Source: Nitrosopumilus sp.
GTDB lineage: Archaea > Thermoproteota > Nitrososphaeria > Nitrososphaerales > Nitrosopumilaceae
NCBI GenBank assembly: GCA_965238275.1
Contig: OZ250186.1
Coordinates: forward strand, 1,696,001 to 1,760,000
Direction: 5' to 3'
Length of the DNA: 64,000 bases
Of this stretch, positions 31,145 to 41,842 are shown piece after piece (within the stretch, counting starts at the first letter, position 1; each line of letters begins with the position of its first letter). The position numbers were made by a program, and so were the translations under genes. The notes under the pieces were generated by a model. It did no database searches, had not been told where the DNA came from, and worked only from the letters and a program-made list of their open reading frames with translations.

Positions 31145-31567
31145 AAACTGCCCCAGCCTCTCCAGCGCGGTACCGATGGATGCCAGGTCGCCTTCTGCCT
31201 CCCTCATGTCCCCCACAAGTTCCACAAAGTAGTCGTATCCGGAGTCCCGTGCCTTGAGGATGTCTGCCTCATAGCACGAAAGCGACTTTTTCAGAAACGG
31301 CACCTCTCCCCTCAGCTGGTCCATCTGCCTGGTGCCGTCCAGGCACTCTTGGATGGCCAGGACCGCCTCGTTGATCTTCGGGATGGTCTTTGCCGCCTGC
31401 TGGACCAGGACCGGCCCAAACATGGCTGCCGCACTCTTGAGCTCCGGGCTGCGTCCTATGGTCCTTAGCCTCTTTTTGTAGTGGTGCAGCGATTTGAGCA
31501 CTATCCGGTACCCGCCCTCGTCCTTGAGGTAGATTGCGCCAATCCATGCCTTCTCCTCCTCTGACAT
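31139..31567 (-). CDS. Conserved hypothetical protein
   Basis: 'WIGAIYLKDEGGYRIVLKSLHHYKKRL'; host-like codon usage. Confidence 0.75.
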   Translation of the reverse strand: MSEEEKAWIGAIYLKDEGGYRIVLKSLHHYKKRLRTIGRSPELKSAAAMFGPVLVQQAAKTIPKINEAVLAIQECLDGTRQMDQLRGEVPFLKKSLSCYEADILKARDSGYDYFVELVGDMREAEGDLASIGTALERLGQFS

Positions 31568-31744
31568 TTCACTGCGGGTCTGTCTCATCATTATAAATTT
31601 GGTTGCGTGCTGCAATGACCCGGATGGGTTATTGCTGCTGTTCCCATGTCATCTGGTGCCGGCCCGTACGGGAGCCTGCCGTGCCGGAGCCTTCCTGCGG
31701 ATGCGCCTGCACCAACCCGTGCCGCGGCCGTCCCCCTCCCACCT

Positions 31745-31963
31745 TCAGACGCCTTCCTGCAGCGGAGGCGTGTTCCGCCTTATCAGGTGCAGCATGATGC
31801 CTGCAATGAACACCCCGATGCCGCTCAAGCCGATAAACGTGCCTGCATTCTTGACAAATCCCAGAATCGGCTCCGTGTGGCCCCGCTCTATGGGATAAAA
31901 CATGGCCAGCCCCGCCGCAAACATGATAATTCCCGCCATGATGACTGCAGTCTCTCCCTTCAC
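31745..31963 (-). CDS. Small two-TM membrane protein
   Basis: Two hydrophobic helices. Confidence 0.75.
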   Translation of the reverse strand: MKGETAVIMAGIIMFAAGLAMFYPIERGHTEPILGFVKNAGTFIGLSGIGVFIAGIMLHLIRRNTPPLQEGV

Positions 31964-32147
31964 ACCATGGATGCCCCGCCCCGACTAATAACAGTGCACG
32001 TGCTGCCTGCATCCTGATCCGGGCACATCGCAGGCAAGCGAACCGCCGATTCCCAAACAAGAAGGCGCGTACCGGCGCGTCTGCGCCTCAAATACGGGGG
32101 AATGACGCATGGCAATTTTTTAAATATGGCCCCATCAAACGAATCCC

Positions 32148-32429
32148 ATGCGGGCCATATGGAACGACGTCGTGATTGCAGAAGGAAGCGACATAGTCGA
32201 CCTTGACGGGACAAAGTACTTTCTGCCCGGGGCCATCAGGACGGAATACTTTGCAAAGAGCCAGACCACAAGCGTCTGCGGCTGGAAGGGGATGGCCAGC
32301 TACTACTCTGTCACCGTAAACGGAAAGACCAACAGGGACTGCGCATGGTGCTATGCAGAGCCAAACGATGCGGCCAAAAAGATCAAGGGCAGGATCGCGT
32401 TCTGGAACGGCGTGCGCATCGAAGGCTGA
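32148..32429 (+). CDS. DUF427 domain protein
   Basis: 'AIWNDVVIAE...CGWKGMASYYSV...AWCYAEP...IKGRIAFW'. Confidence 0.9.
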   Translation: MRAIWNDVVIAEGSDIVDLDGTKYFLPGAIRTEYFAKSQTTSVCGWKGMASYYSVTVNGKTNRDCAWCYAEPNDAAKKIKGRIAFWNGVRIEG

Positions 32430-32591
32430 TTCGGCACATCCCGGCAGTCCGGGGACCTGCGGGGCCTGGCGCGTGATCCTGGCTGCGGCTGCCCCTTGGT
32501 ACTGTGATGTCTTGGAGGCCCTCCGGCGTGGATCTGCCGCACCTGCATATTTTGATAGCTTATATTTAGTCTGTAATCCTCCCAAAAATAC

Positions 32592-32969
32592 ATGTCAGTT
32601 CCAAAGCCAAATCTCCTGAAGATCGTCGAGGACGTTTTGGATCTCAGTCCGGAGATGAGGTTTGTTGCAATCATCGACCCGAAGGGCAACGTGCGCGAGG
32701 CCATCATGAAGGAAGGAAAGACCAACCTCAAGTCCCAAAAGGAGCAGGAGCACTTTTGCATGCAGGTGGCGCAGAGGCGTGCAATGCGCAAGGAGTTTGA
32801 CAAGTCGCTTGGCAAGGTCAGGTACGTCCATGTTGAAAGGGAGCGCATATCGCAGCTGGTCGTGTACACGAAGCGAAACATCATCTATTTCACGACAGAG
32901 GCAGAGATGCCGCCTGTCACGGTGTCCCGCCTGATAACCAAGGTAAAGAAGATCGCCTCGACTATCTAG
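32592..32969 (+). CDS. DUF6659-like (roadblock-fold) thaumarchaeal protein
   Basis: 'MRFVAIIDPKG...RKEFDKSLGKVRYVHVERE'. Confidence 0.75.
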   Translation: MSVPKPNLLKIVEDVLDLSPEMRFVAIIDPKGNVREAIMKEGKTNLKSQKEQEHFCMQVAQRRAMRKEFDKSLGKVRYVHVERERISQLVVYTKRNIIYFTTEAEMPPVTVSRLITKVKKIASTI

Positions 32970-33040
32970 CAAACCATTAGATAATGCAGGCGCCATGAGT
33001 GATGCTGTTGGTTCCGCACAAGTACCTCGGGGATTCAAAG

Positions 33041-33364
33041 ATGTTCGAGTATGACAGGCACTACAGGGAGTGCCAGCATTCGGGCAGGCCGTTTATCAGG
33101 GCAAAGACAAGTCCCGCACACGGAAGGTACCACGTGCAGATGGACATGGCGCCGTGCGACAGCCACCGCCGCCTGTCGCCGCGCCAGCAGGCCGCGATAC
33201 AAGAGATGTTCGAGGCGGAGGCGGACTTTGTAAAATCGCGTCTTGGAGCATCCGAGGGATTCTCCATAGGCCCAGAACTGGTGTGGTTTGACGGCATGTC
33301 CCCTGAGCACCTGGATGCGCTGTGCTGCAGGCTGCATGATATTGTGCAGGGCGGCGTGGACTGA
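33041..33364 (+). CDS. Hypothetical protein
   Basis: Plausible ORF filling the gap between neighbouring genes. Confidence 0.6.
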   Translation: MFEYDRHYRECQHSGRPFIRAKTSPAHGRYHVQMDMAPCDSHRRLSPRQQAAIQEMFEAEADFVKSRLGASEGFSIGPELVWFDGMSPEHLDALCCRLHDIVQGGVD

Positions 33365-33439
33365 GCGGGACCGGCCCGCACGATGGCTTTAGTTTGTGGT
33401 CTTGCCTGGATCCTGCGTACCGGCAGCAGTATGTGTCTG

Positions 33440-33685
33440 TCAGTTGACAGGATCTGCTTCTGCGTCCCACTCCTCTGGCGTGACGTCTGGAAACATCTTC
33501 CTTATCCTGTCAAGATCCTGCTCCATGGCCCTGATCCTTCCGTCAAGGTGGCTCCTTATGGTGGGGTCTCCCTCGGTTCCCATCTCCTGTCTGATATCCG
33601 AGATGGTCCTGCGCAGTGACATGTAGTATGCCATGTGATCCCTTTTTGACGCCTCTGAGGCATCATCATCCTTGTCATTCTCCAC
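33440..33685 (-). CDS. Hypothetical coiled-coil protein
   Basis: 'HLDGRIRAMEQDLDRIRKMFP'. Confidence 0.65.
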   Translation of the reverse strand: MENDKDDDASEASKRDHMAYYMSLRRTISDIRQEMGTEGDPTIRSHLDGRIRAMEQDLDRIRKMFPDVTPEEWDAEADPVN

Positions 33686-33992
33686 AATCGGCAGTATGCC
33701 ATTGGTGGTTAAGTACCTGACGCCTGCAGGGGCGGTATTTCACAGGACATGTCTGCCGGTCCTGGCAGACTGCATGACCCTGCGCACGCATGACGTCACG
33801 CGTGGCAGCATCCGGAAACGGCACTGCACTGACAGGTGCTGCGCTGTTCCAGGACACCTCAATCCTTTCATGTCTGGTGATGCATTTTTGATTTTGGCGG
33901 CAGCCTGCAGGTGGCCAGTATGTGATGCGCCCGTCCGCCCGGACAGGACATGTCCAAACATGTTAATACCAAGCAGCCTGCAAACTGCGCGT

Positions 33993-34274
33993 ATGGACGC
34001 ACTGCTTGACGAGATGTATGACGGCTTTGACGACAAGATTAACGGCCTCGGCCTCAAGTGCAAGGCGTACAGCGTCAAGAAGCTCTTGATTCAGGGCCAT
34101 CCGCTCAAGACTGACTATTCTGTGATCAGCTATGTCAAGGACAACGGCATGGTGCTGATTACAGAAGATGTTGAAAACGGCAAGGCGTGCGAGGAGAATG
34201 ACATCCCATGCATACTGATAAACCGCGATGTCATACTCGACGCCATGGTGGAGCAGCTCAAAAAGTACTGCTGA
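33993..34274 (+). CDS. DUF5615-like PIN-domain protein
   Basis: 'ALLDEMY...DYSVISYVKDNGMVLITED'. Confidence 0.75.
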   Translation: MDALLDEMYDGFDDKINGLGLKCKAYSVKKLLIQGHPLKTDYSVISYVKDNGMVLITEDVENGKACEENDIPCILINRDVILDAMVEQLKKYC

Positions 34275-34427
34275 TCTGCAGGACGCATCATCCGGATCTG
34301 AATGTAGTCACATGGTTGCAGCCTGCGCGTTCAGATGTGAAACCCTGGCAGGCATCGCCCCTGCAGTCACTGGGAGGCCCAGCGGGTGCTCTATGTCGTC
34401 AGCAGCACGAACCGGGCTGTGCGCCCG

Positions 34428-34568
34428 TCAGATGCCCTTTACCAGTAAGTCATTGACGGCCTTGGAGTAGCTGCATCCGTTGTTGCTATCCTGTATTGTC
34501 CTGGCCTGGTGCTGCCGCACCTTGCGATCCAGATCATCACTGATCATGATTGTAACTCGTCTTGTCAT
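34428..34568 (-). CDS. 46-aa ribbon-helix-helix-like protein, paralogue 1 (not in ORF track)
   Basis: MTRRVTIMISDDLDRKVRQHQARTIQDSNNGCSYSKAVNDLLVKGI. Confidence 0.8.
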   Translation of the reverse strand: MTRRVTIMISDDLDRKVRQHQARTIQDSNNGCSYSKAVNDLLVKGI

Positions 34569-34614
34569 ACGTCACATGTGTTGTTTCATTATTTATACCA
34601 GAACCGCCTTTTAC

Positions 34615-35144
34615 AAGGGCACTGCGACGAGATACATTTCAAGATTCGCAGGGAGGCGCGGTGGCTTTTTGCCGTCATGGACGGCGCCAGCAGGTTCATA
34701 CTGTCCCATGACGTGTCTGCGACAAAACTCAACTACAATCCCGCTCCCCTGTTTGCAGCCGCAAGGAATCTGGCCGGAACCGCCCCGTGGGTGCTGGCCA
34801 CAGACGGCCTGCAGGCGTTTTGTCCTGCCGCACGCAGGGCGTTTTGGAGCCACAACAGCTTCATGCTGGTCCACGTCCGGGAGATTCACCTGAGGAACCG
34901 CTTCAGCCATAACAACAAGCACGAGAGGCTTAACGGCGAATTCAGGGATCGCATCAAGACAGTCCGCGAATTCGGGACAGAAAGCCCCGCGCTGGTGCGG
35001 CTGATGATCGTCCACCACAACTTTTTCCGCCCCCACGGCGGCATTGGCAAAATGACGCCTGCAGGGGCTGCGGGGATCATCATATCGGGAACAGACAAGC
35101 AGATCACCCTCATCAGCAATGCGGCAGCAGTGCACGCAGCCTAG
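34615..35144 (+). mobile_element. IS6-like DDE transposase fragment (N-terminus missing)
   Basis: 'CDEIHFKI...WLFAVMD...RFILS', 'TDGL', 'NNKHERLNGEFRDR', 'HNFFRPH...TPA'. Confidence 0.8.
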
Positions 35145-35640
35145 GCGGACCCTGGCGCGATGGACGTGCAGTCAATGCATGCCATGGCAATTACCGGGAT
35201 TGTCCGTCACGGCGGGGCAGACGTTCATCAGAAGATCATGGTTTGATGGGAATGGGATGATGGCGTGTAAAACATGCAAGTGAATCTGGAGAAGATCCTG
35301 AATTTGTGCCACCAACCGGTGATGCAGGAGAACCAACGCCAGACAGCCCTTGTATGAAATCTGTCTGGCATACCTGCCATCTTCTGCAATCCACACACAT
35401 GCCGGTGCCGCCGTGGCAGGAAGCGCATACTGATGGTGGGACTGACAGACTATGCAGGATCGGTTTTCTTCCGGCATGGCGGAATGGCATGGCGGAATGG
35501 CCTGTTGGGCATGTGTGTTGATTTCAGCCGGTCGTGGATTTTACCGGTTCGGCATCTCCGGGTACACGGCAAAACCAATACCATCATCGCAGCCCGGAAG
35601 AAAACCAATCAATGCATGAACGAACCAGATGGCACGCCTG

Positions 35641-35781
35641 TCAGGTGCCCTTTGCCAGCAAGTCATTGATAGCCCTGGAGTAGCTGTATGCCTTGTTGGT
35701 GTCCTGTATCGTCTTGGCCTGGTACTGCCGCACCCTGCGATCCAAATCATCACTGATCATGATCGTGACTCGTTTTGCCAT
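35641..35781 (-). CDS. 46-aa ribbon-helix-helix-like protein, paralogue 2 (not in ORF track)
   Basis: MAKRVTIMISDDLDRRVRQYQAKTIQDTNKAYSYSRAINDLLAKGT. Confidence 0.8.
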   Translation of the reverse strand: MAKRVTIMISDDLDRRVRQYQAKTIQDTNKAYSYSRAINDLLAKGT

Positions 35782-35948
35782 GGAATACGTAAGTCATTTT
35801 TAATATTTATACAAAACCCGTCTTGGATTGCAGTGGTTCAGGGGCGTGACACGTTGATGACAATATCACTCACGTCCAAATCCTGTGCATGACGCGCCTT
35901 GGGGTCCATTTGCCTCCACATTGGATGAACCATGACACCATGTGGCGG

Positions 35949-35979
<31 letters not shown>

Positions 35980-36016
35980 AACTCTCCCCTTATACCATTT
36001 TGGGACATATCCGTCC

Positions 36017-36163
36017 ATGATGTGCAATCATTGCGGAATGGACAGGTGTGAGAGCGGTGTGACTGTATGTGAATCATGCATAAGCGACGGGTGGTGCGAC
36101 GACTGCGGCAAGAACAGGCAGGCCGGGTATGCATCGCAGTGCAAATACTGCTTTCTCAAGTGA
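36017..36163 (+). CDS. Small Cys-rich protein with four CxxC motifs
   Basis: MMCNHCGMDRCESGVTVCESCISDGWCDDCGKNRQAGYASQCKYCFLK. Confidence 0.55.
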   Translation: MMCNHCGMDRCESGVTVCESCISDGWCDDCGKNRQAGYASQCKYCFLK

Positions 36164-36356
36164 TCATGCAGCAGATGATACTGCCACGAGACACGCCGCT
36201 ATTCGGCATTTAGGGGACGGAGCTTGGCGCGCGCCACGCAGGATGCAGGGGGAGAGAGGACCAGAACAGCCTGATGGAATCTTTTGGGTAATCGGATCGG
36301 CATGTCATGTCCGATATGCGATGTAAATATTTAAGATAGTTAATCATGGAACTGAC

Positions 36357-36593
36357 ATGGGAAAAGTAATCATAATAACTGAATCCGTATTGGCGTGGTG
36401 CGACAACTGTGAGGCGGAATTCACGCCCAGGATAGTGCGCAAGATCCATACCTGCCCAAAATGCAGAACAGCCGTGCTTGGAGCCGAGGACGTGCCGCTT
36501 CGCGGCCCGGGCGTGCACAAGGTGATTAAAAAGACGATCAAAAAGGCAGACAGAGCCAGTGCCGTGATCAGCAAAAAGCCTGCCTCCAAATAG
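36357..36593 (+). CDS. Small zinc-ribbon protein, paralogue A
   Basis: CDNC...CPKC; AT-rich promoter upstream; paralogue at 36867. Confidence 0.75.
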   Translation: MGKVIIITESVLAWCDNCEAEFTPRIVRKIHTCPKCRTAVLGAEDVPLRGPGVHKVIKKTIKKADRASAVISKKPASK

Positions 36594-36866
36594 GCCAAGG
36601 GACGTCTTGGGTTTTTGTTGGAATCGTGCGTGGACTGCATCGTACGATGGTTAGGCTCTGCGCCCTGGCAGGATGGGACAGGAAAAACCATAGAGGATGC
36701 AAAAGCAAGACAGTGCCCGGTGTAATTTTTTTGTGCCGCCCGTGCCGGGTTCATGTACATGCCCCCTGTTGCAAAACGGATGAAATCCACAACACGGATG
36801 ACTGTGTACCGTGTTTGTATTAGTTATTTATTATAACTATTTAAGTTAGTCACGTACAAACGATAC

Positions 36867-37064
36867 ATGGGAAAGGTAACTATAACCACCGAATCGGTTC
36901 AGGCGCACTGCGAGGCATGCGGAAAGGACTTTACCCCCCGGATAGTGCGCAAGATCCACACCTGCCCGAACTGCCGGACCGCCGTTACCGGGGCAGAAGA
37001 CGTCCCGCTTCGCGGTAGCCGCGTTGGCAGGGTGGTTGGCAGAAGGGTAGAGACCGCGCAGTAG
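36867..37064 (+). CDS. Small zinc-ribbon protein, paralogue B
   Basis: CEAC...CPNC; shares 'FTPRIVRKIHTCP' with paralogue A; T-run terminator follows. Confidence 0.75.
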   Translation: MGKVTITTESVQAHCEACGKDFTPRIVRKIHTCPNCRTAVTGAEDVPLRGSRVGRVVGRRVETAQ

Positions 37065-37139
37065 CCGGAGTTTTTTTTTGTAATGCCGGCTGCGCGCTCT
37101 GCATTGGTGTAATCAGGCTCGCTGCCCGGCCACATCAGA

Positions 37140-38012
37140 TTCCCCACTGGTAATAACACACCTGATCGAGGACGGCGTAATCAGCCTCGAGTTTGCAGCG
37201 TACGTCTGGATGCTGATAGACGTCACGCCGTTCCTGCTGATAGTCGGCGAGACCGGCAGCGGCAAGACCACGCTGATAAACGCCCTCATGTGCCTGTCGG
37301 ATCCGCGCATGCACGTCATGGTGATTGAGGATACCCGGGATCTGAGGATGCCGCCTACTGGGCAGAGTACAACATTGCAGTCGAGGGAGGCGGCGGCAGC
37401 GGCAGCTCCAAGGGGAGTAATTCCGTACAAAAGGGCACCAGCATGATGGACCTGGTCCGCATGGCCCTTCGAAAAAAACCGCATTTCGTGCTGATAGGGG
37501 AGGTTCGGGGCGAGGAGACGCGGGAGATGTTCCAGGGAGCAGTATCCGGCCACGGGGCCATGACCAGCTTTCACGCAGCCGGGGTGCCAGAGGCGTTTGC
37601 CCGACTGAGATCCGAGCCCATCAACATCACTGACAACCAGCTGATGAACCTCTGGGGAGTGCTCCACATCAGCAATCTAAAGACACAGTCAGGCCAGACT
37701 GCCAGGCGCATGCTGACTTATGCCGAACTGTACGTGGACGGGGACGACGGCAGGATACGCCACCAGACAGTCTTTGGGTACGACCACAAGACAGACACGA
37801 TCATGCCGCGCAGCAGCGCCGAGATCATCAACAACAGCAGGAGGATCCGATACGCCGCCGACAGGTTCGGGGTGCAGGACATCGCAGCCGAACTTGACCG
37901 GCGCAAGGAGCTGCTGCAGGAGTGCATTGATGCCGGCGCCTACACGGTGCGGGAAGTCTTTGACGTCACGTCCCGATGTTATGACCATGCCAGCCCCGCG
38001 GACCGCCCCTGA
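37140..38012 (+). pseudogene. Type II/IV secretion (VirB11/FlaI-like) ATPase, N-truncated and frameshifted
   Basis: Walker A 'GETGSGKTT' and 'VIEDTRD' in one frame; 'ALRKKPHFVLIGEVRGEE...GHGAMTSFHA' in another. Confidence 0.85.
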
Positions 38013-38108
38013 GCCAAAATAATCCCATCATGCTTGTCCGGTGTTTTTGTATGTGTATATATCATAAAGCAATATAATATTTATATAGATTAGTGCCGTA
38101 CAATAACC

Positions 38109-38870
38109 ATGAAACGAACCAAGAAATCATACAGGGAAGTCATGGGCGATCTTTTGGAGTCATTCAAGAGCGGCGATCTGCCTGAGGCGGTCGCAAGGAC
38201 GTACATTGACTTTCCGGACGTGCCGTGCGCAAGGTATTCTGTCGTGAACAGGCTCTTGATTATGTTTGCCCGGACGGGCGACGCGCGGGGGTACAGGCAG
38301 TGGGAGAAGGCGGGGCGCCGCGTCAAGAAGGGCACCAAGGCGTTTTACATATTCGTGCCTAAAATCGTCCCCCGAAAGAACAAGGACGGGGAGGAAGAGA
38401 CTGCATGTACGGGATTTGCGATGGTGCCGATGTTCAGGTACGAGGACACCGAAGGCCAGCCGCTTCCGGAGCATGCGCCGGTGACAATCCCGCCGCTCGT
38501 GGATGTGGCAAGGAAGGCGGGAATAGGCGTGACGTGGGGGAGAAGCACCCGCGGGGAATACGGGTACTTTAGCCCGGGCTCGAACCAGATTAACCTCTCA
38601 AGCGAGGATCCGAATGTATTCTTTCACGAGCTGGTTCACGCGTACGACAACAAGACTACAAAGCTCAAGGGTGGACAGGATCCCGTGCAGGAGTGCGTGG
38701 CAGAGTTTGGCGCATGCGTGCTGGCCAGGGTCTTTGGAATCCGGGTGGACAAGTCGTCTTACGACTACATCAAGGCGTACAACGGGGAGGTCCCAAACAT
38801 GTGCCAGAGGGTGCTGACGAGGGTAGACAAGATAGTCCGGACGATCCTCAAAGACAACGAATCGGCCTAG
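38109..38870 (+). CDS. ArdC-like ssDNA-binding antirestriction protein with zincin domain
   Basis: 'YSVVNRLLI...GYRQWEKAGRRVKKGTKA', 'FFHELVHA', 'ECVAEFGA', 'SYDYIKAY'. Confidence 0.85.
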   Translation: MKRTKKSYREVMGDLLESFKSGDLPEAVARTYIDFPDVPCARYSVVNRLLIMFARTGDARGYRQWEKAGRRVKKGTKAFYIFVPKIVPRKNKDGEEETACTGFAMVPMFRYEDTEGQPLPEHAPVTIPPLVDVARKAGIGVTWGRSTRGEYGYFSPGSNQINLSSEDPNVFFHELVHAYDNKTTKLKGGQDPVQECVAEFGACVLARVFGIRVDKSSYDYIKAYNGEVPNMCQRVLTRVDKIVRTILKDNESA

Positions 38871-39388
38871 GGCCATTTCCTTTCCTTTTTATACCAAACA
38901 ATTTTCACGTGCGTGGACACAGGTATGGAAAGACAGGGGACTGAAATCCGTGTTGGTGCTTGGCGCGTGCTTGTTTGCAGCCGGTCTGTTGCTGTACTGC
39001 TTGATCTGAGTACTGAAAATCGTTAGGCCGTTTCCCTGGGTTCTCATACGCGGGAGATTTCACGCGTTCATGTCCAACATGGCTCGGGTAAATTCCAGCG
39101 GTCTGATCACCAAAATTTACCAGAGCCCGCGGCAAGAGGTGGGTTGTGGAATCTGCCTTCAGGGGGATGTTCTGAGGGCATCCGTATTCGTTGAAATGGA
39201 TTCAGGAAGTCAATCTCAAGGTGACCGCGTACAACAAGCTGGTAAACATTGGAGCAGGTAAAATGTAGGACCAGGCGGATCCGGCACAAATCTTGTCAGA
39301 CCCTGCTGAATCATGCAACAAGCTGCCAGATTCGGTGTTGTCCACATTTTGATAATCCCGCTCTATTTCACATTATTTTTGGCTCATT

Positions 39389-40219
39389 TTGGCATCCCAA
39401 ATCCGGATTCTGAGGGGGCTTTTGGTGTTGACAGGTTTACGATTAGTCGCTTTTGAGCCATTTTCATCTGGTGGTGCATGGCATCGGCTGGAACCGGAAA
39501 CCGGCATTCTGCCCCTACCGGATGTCAGGGTGTGCCATTTTGGATCAGAGCTGGGAAAGACGCAGGAGACTATCCGGGGGATAGAGGCCGGCGAAATTGA
39601 GGATGACGGAATCGGTGGCTGGAAATTACTGGAGGAGGCAGAAAAGAACAACCTGGAATGCGCCAGGACGATGCCGTTTGTGCGCTCGGCCAAGGTCCCG
39701 GCCCACATACAACTCGCACACGTCTGGAACGACTGTTACTATGACGAGAAGAGGAAGATATTTGCCACTTTCCGCAGGTTCCCTAACGGCGTGGGTTGTG
39801 AGACGCGCGCCAAACAGGACCAGCCAGGTTATGACGGAGAAGGGATGGCCTTTGGCTGGAAAGATGTACGGTTCAGATACGGTTATCCAACAGTAACGGC
39901 AAATGACAAAAAGGGCCTTTATTGCAGCAGCATGCTGTGCACAATGTCTGAGGAAATGATAACAGACGATCTTGTGATATCGCTGCTTAGGCTTCATGAT
40001 GATTTGGGCAGATCTGATTTGGATACGGTCTACTACGAGACTGAGGCAAAGCGATGGATCGGCGGCAGGTTCTTCAAACTCACGGACGCAGAACGCAGGA
40101 TCGGCCTAAAGTATTTGGCGTGGCTCCAGGCCACGAACAATCCCGACATCCCGTGGACCAGGCCAATGGAGTTCATCCGGCTTGACGAAGAAGAAGAAGA
40201 AGAAACGGTCGTGGCATAG
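39389..40219 (+). CDS. Hypothetical protein (start uncertain)
   Basis: Long ORF with protein-like composition; no family recognised. Confidence 0.6.
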   Translation: MASQIRILRGLLVLTGLRLVAFEPFSSGGAWHRLEPETGILPLPDVRVCHFGSELGKTQETIRGIEAGEIEDDGIGGWKLLEEAEKNNLECARTMPFVRSAKVPAHIQLAHVWNDCYYDEKRKIFATFRRFPNGVGCETRAKQDQPGYDGEGMAFGWKDVRFRYGYPTVTANDKKGLYCSSMLCTMSEEMITDDLVISLLRLHDDLGRSDLDTVYYETEAKRWIGGRFFKLTDAERRIGLKYLAWLQATNNPDIPWTRPMEFIRLDEEEEEETVVA

Positions 40220-40596
40220 GGCAGAATACACGCGCCGGTTTGGCATGTTATTTCAAGTTTGTCCAACCCAGTTCAGGTCCGTCCAATCGCTTGTGCATCA
40301 AGGGCGTTAGTACCATGCCGTCCTCGGCTGCTGCCCTGAATTCGTTTGCGAGTTCAAGCAGTCCCTCTTTGCTGGAACGGTTCGGCTCGGATCTGCAAAC
40401 CCGATCATGCAGAATACCCTACTCCGCCATGAGAACGATTTGAATGGAGGTTTTGTAATAAATCCGATTTTTGTTCACGGATTTACGTTCCGTGCAGGAA
40501 TTCCTCAGCGACAGGACTTCGGTGTTGCATATACGGATTTACGTTCCTGGAATTTCACGGCAGTCTCTTTATAACGCGCACTTTGGCACGTCTGTT

Positions 40597-40932
40597 CTAA
40601 ATGTATTTTTCCCCTTTTTGCCTGGTGGTGATGTCGACTACGTCATCCATTGTAGAGATGAAAATCTTACCGTCGCCCGGCGATCCAGTATGCGCAGCAT
40701 CTGCAATTATCGACACTACCTCGTCTGCCTTGGCGTCCTCAACGGCAACAAAAAATGTCAAAACATCATTGTATCGTTCGATGTAGCGTCCTAGTCCCGG
40801 TTTGATCTTTCTGGGTCCTTTTCCGCGACCCTTTGCAGAGGTTACGGTAAGCCCGCCAATTCCTGCTTTTTGCAGAGCGTCCACAACGTCTTTTTCCTTG
40901 GATGCGTGAACTATCGCGTCTATTCTTTTCAT
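40597..40932 (-). CDS. P-II family nitrogen regulatory protein
   Basis: 'MKRIDAIV...GLTVTSAKGRG...AHTGSPGDGKIFIS'. Confidence 0.93.
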   Translation of the reverse strand: MKRIDAIVHASKEKDVVDALQKAGIGGLTVTSAKGRGKGPRKIKPGLGRYIERYNDVLTFFVAVEDAKADEVVSIIADAAHTGSPGDGKIFISTMDDVVDITTRQKGEKYI

Positions 40933-41017
40933 GTTTTTTCTTGCAAGTATGGGTTAAAAAGCTTAGTTTTTTCAGGATTCTACGATGGGCTTTTAAAGAA
41001 AACTCCATCCTAGGGCG

Positions 41018-41842
41018 ATGACTCCGTGGAAAAAGGCCAAGCGAACGGACTGCATGCTCTCGTTTGCCACCGTGAGGTACTGGCTGGGACAGCTGAACGA
41101 GTGCGGAATCAAGCACGATATCAAGATTCCAATAAACACCAAGGACGTCTACCTGTACCACCTAACCACGTTCAACGAATGGCTGGCAGGGCGCGAGTTT
41201 GACGTGCGGGTGCAGACAGTAGTCGACGGCAGGATAGTCCGCAAGACGGTCCAGAAATCGTTTAAGCACGTGGAGGAACTGCTGTACTTCGGGGAGGACG
41301 AAAACACCAAAGATGTCAGGAAGATCATAAGCCAGCATCTGGTAGCTCCGCAACACAAGCACCTGAAACGCGCCACAAGGACCGTCATATGTTCGGCGAT
41401 AAAGTCGTATTTTGACGCGCACGACGTGTTCACGAACGTCAAGGTTAACGGGCGCAAGAACAGCGAGGCGGAATTCGCCGACGAGCCGGGGCTTGACATC
41501 ACGGAGTTCTACAAGATGATGACGGCAGGCAAGATAAACCCCCTGACGTGCGCCGTGATGATGGTAAAGTTCCAGGCGGGGCTCGATTCGAGCACGCTTG
41601 CAGACAGGTTCAATTTTTACGCATACAAACAGATAGCCGAATACTGTGGAACCCCCGACCATGAAAAGTGGGATCTTGAAAAGTGCCCCGTCCCGATAAG
41701 GCTGAGGCGCGTGAAGACCACCGTCAAGTACACTACGTTCATCGATCGCGATGCGCTGTCAGCGCTCAAGGACTACTTGGTGTGGAAGGAGGGATTACAC
41801 GGCCCGCACGATCCCGAAGGTCCATTGTTCACTACCATCAGG
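41018..41842 (+). pseudogene. Tyrosine recombinase/integrase-like gene truncated by IS481
   Basis: 'AIKSYF', 'VMMVKFQAGLD', 'RRVKT...TFIDRDALSALKDYL...PLF'; the C-terminal catalytic boxes are absent. Confidence 0.7.
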
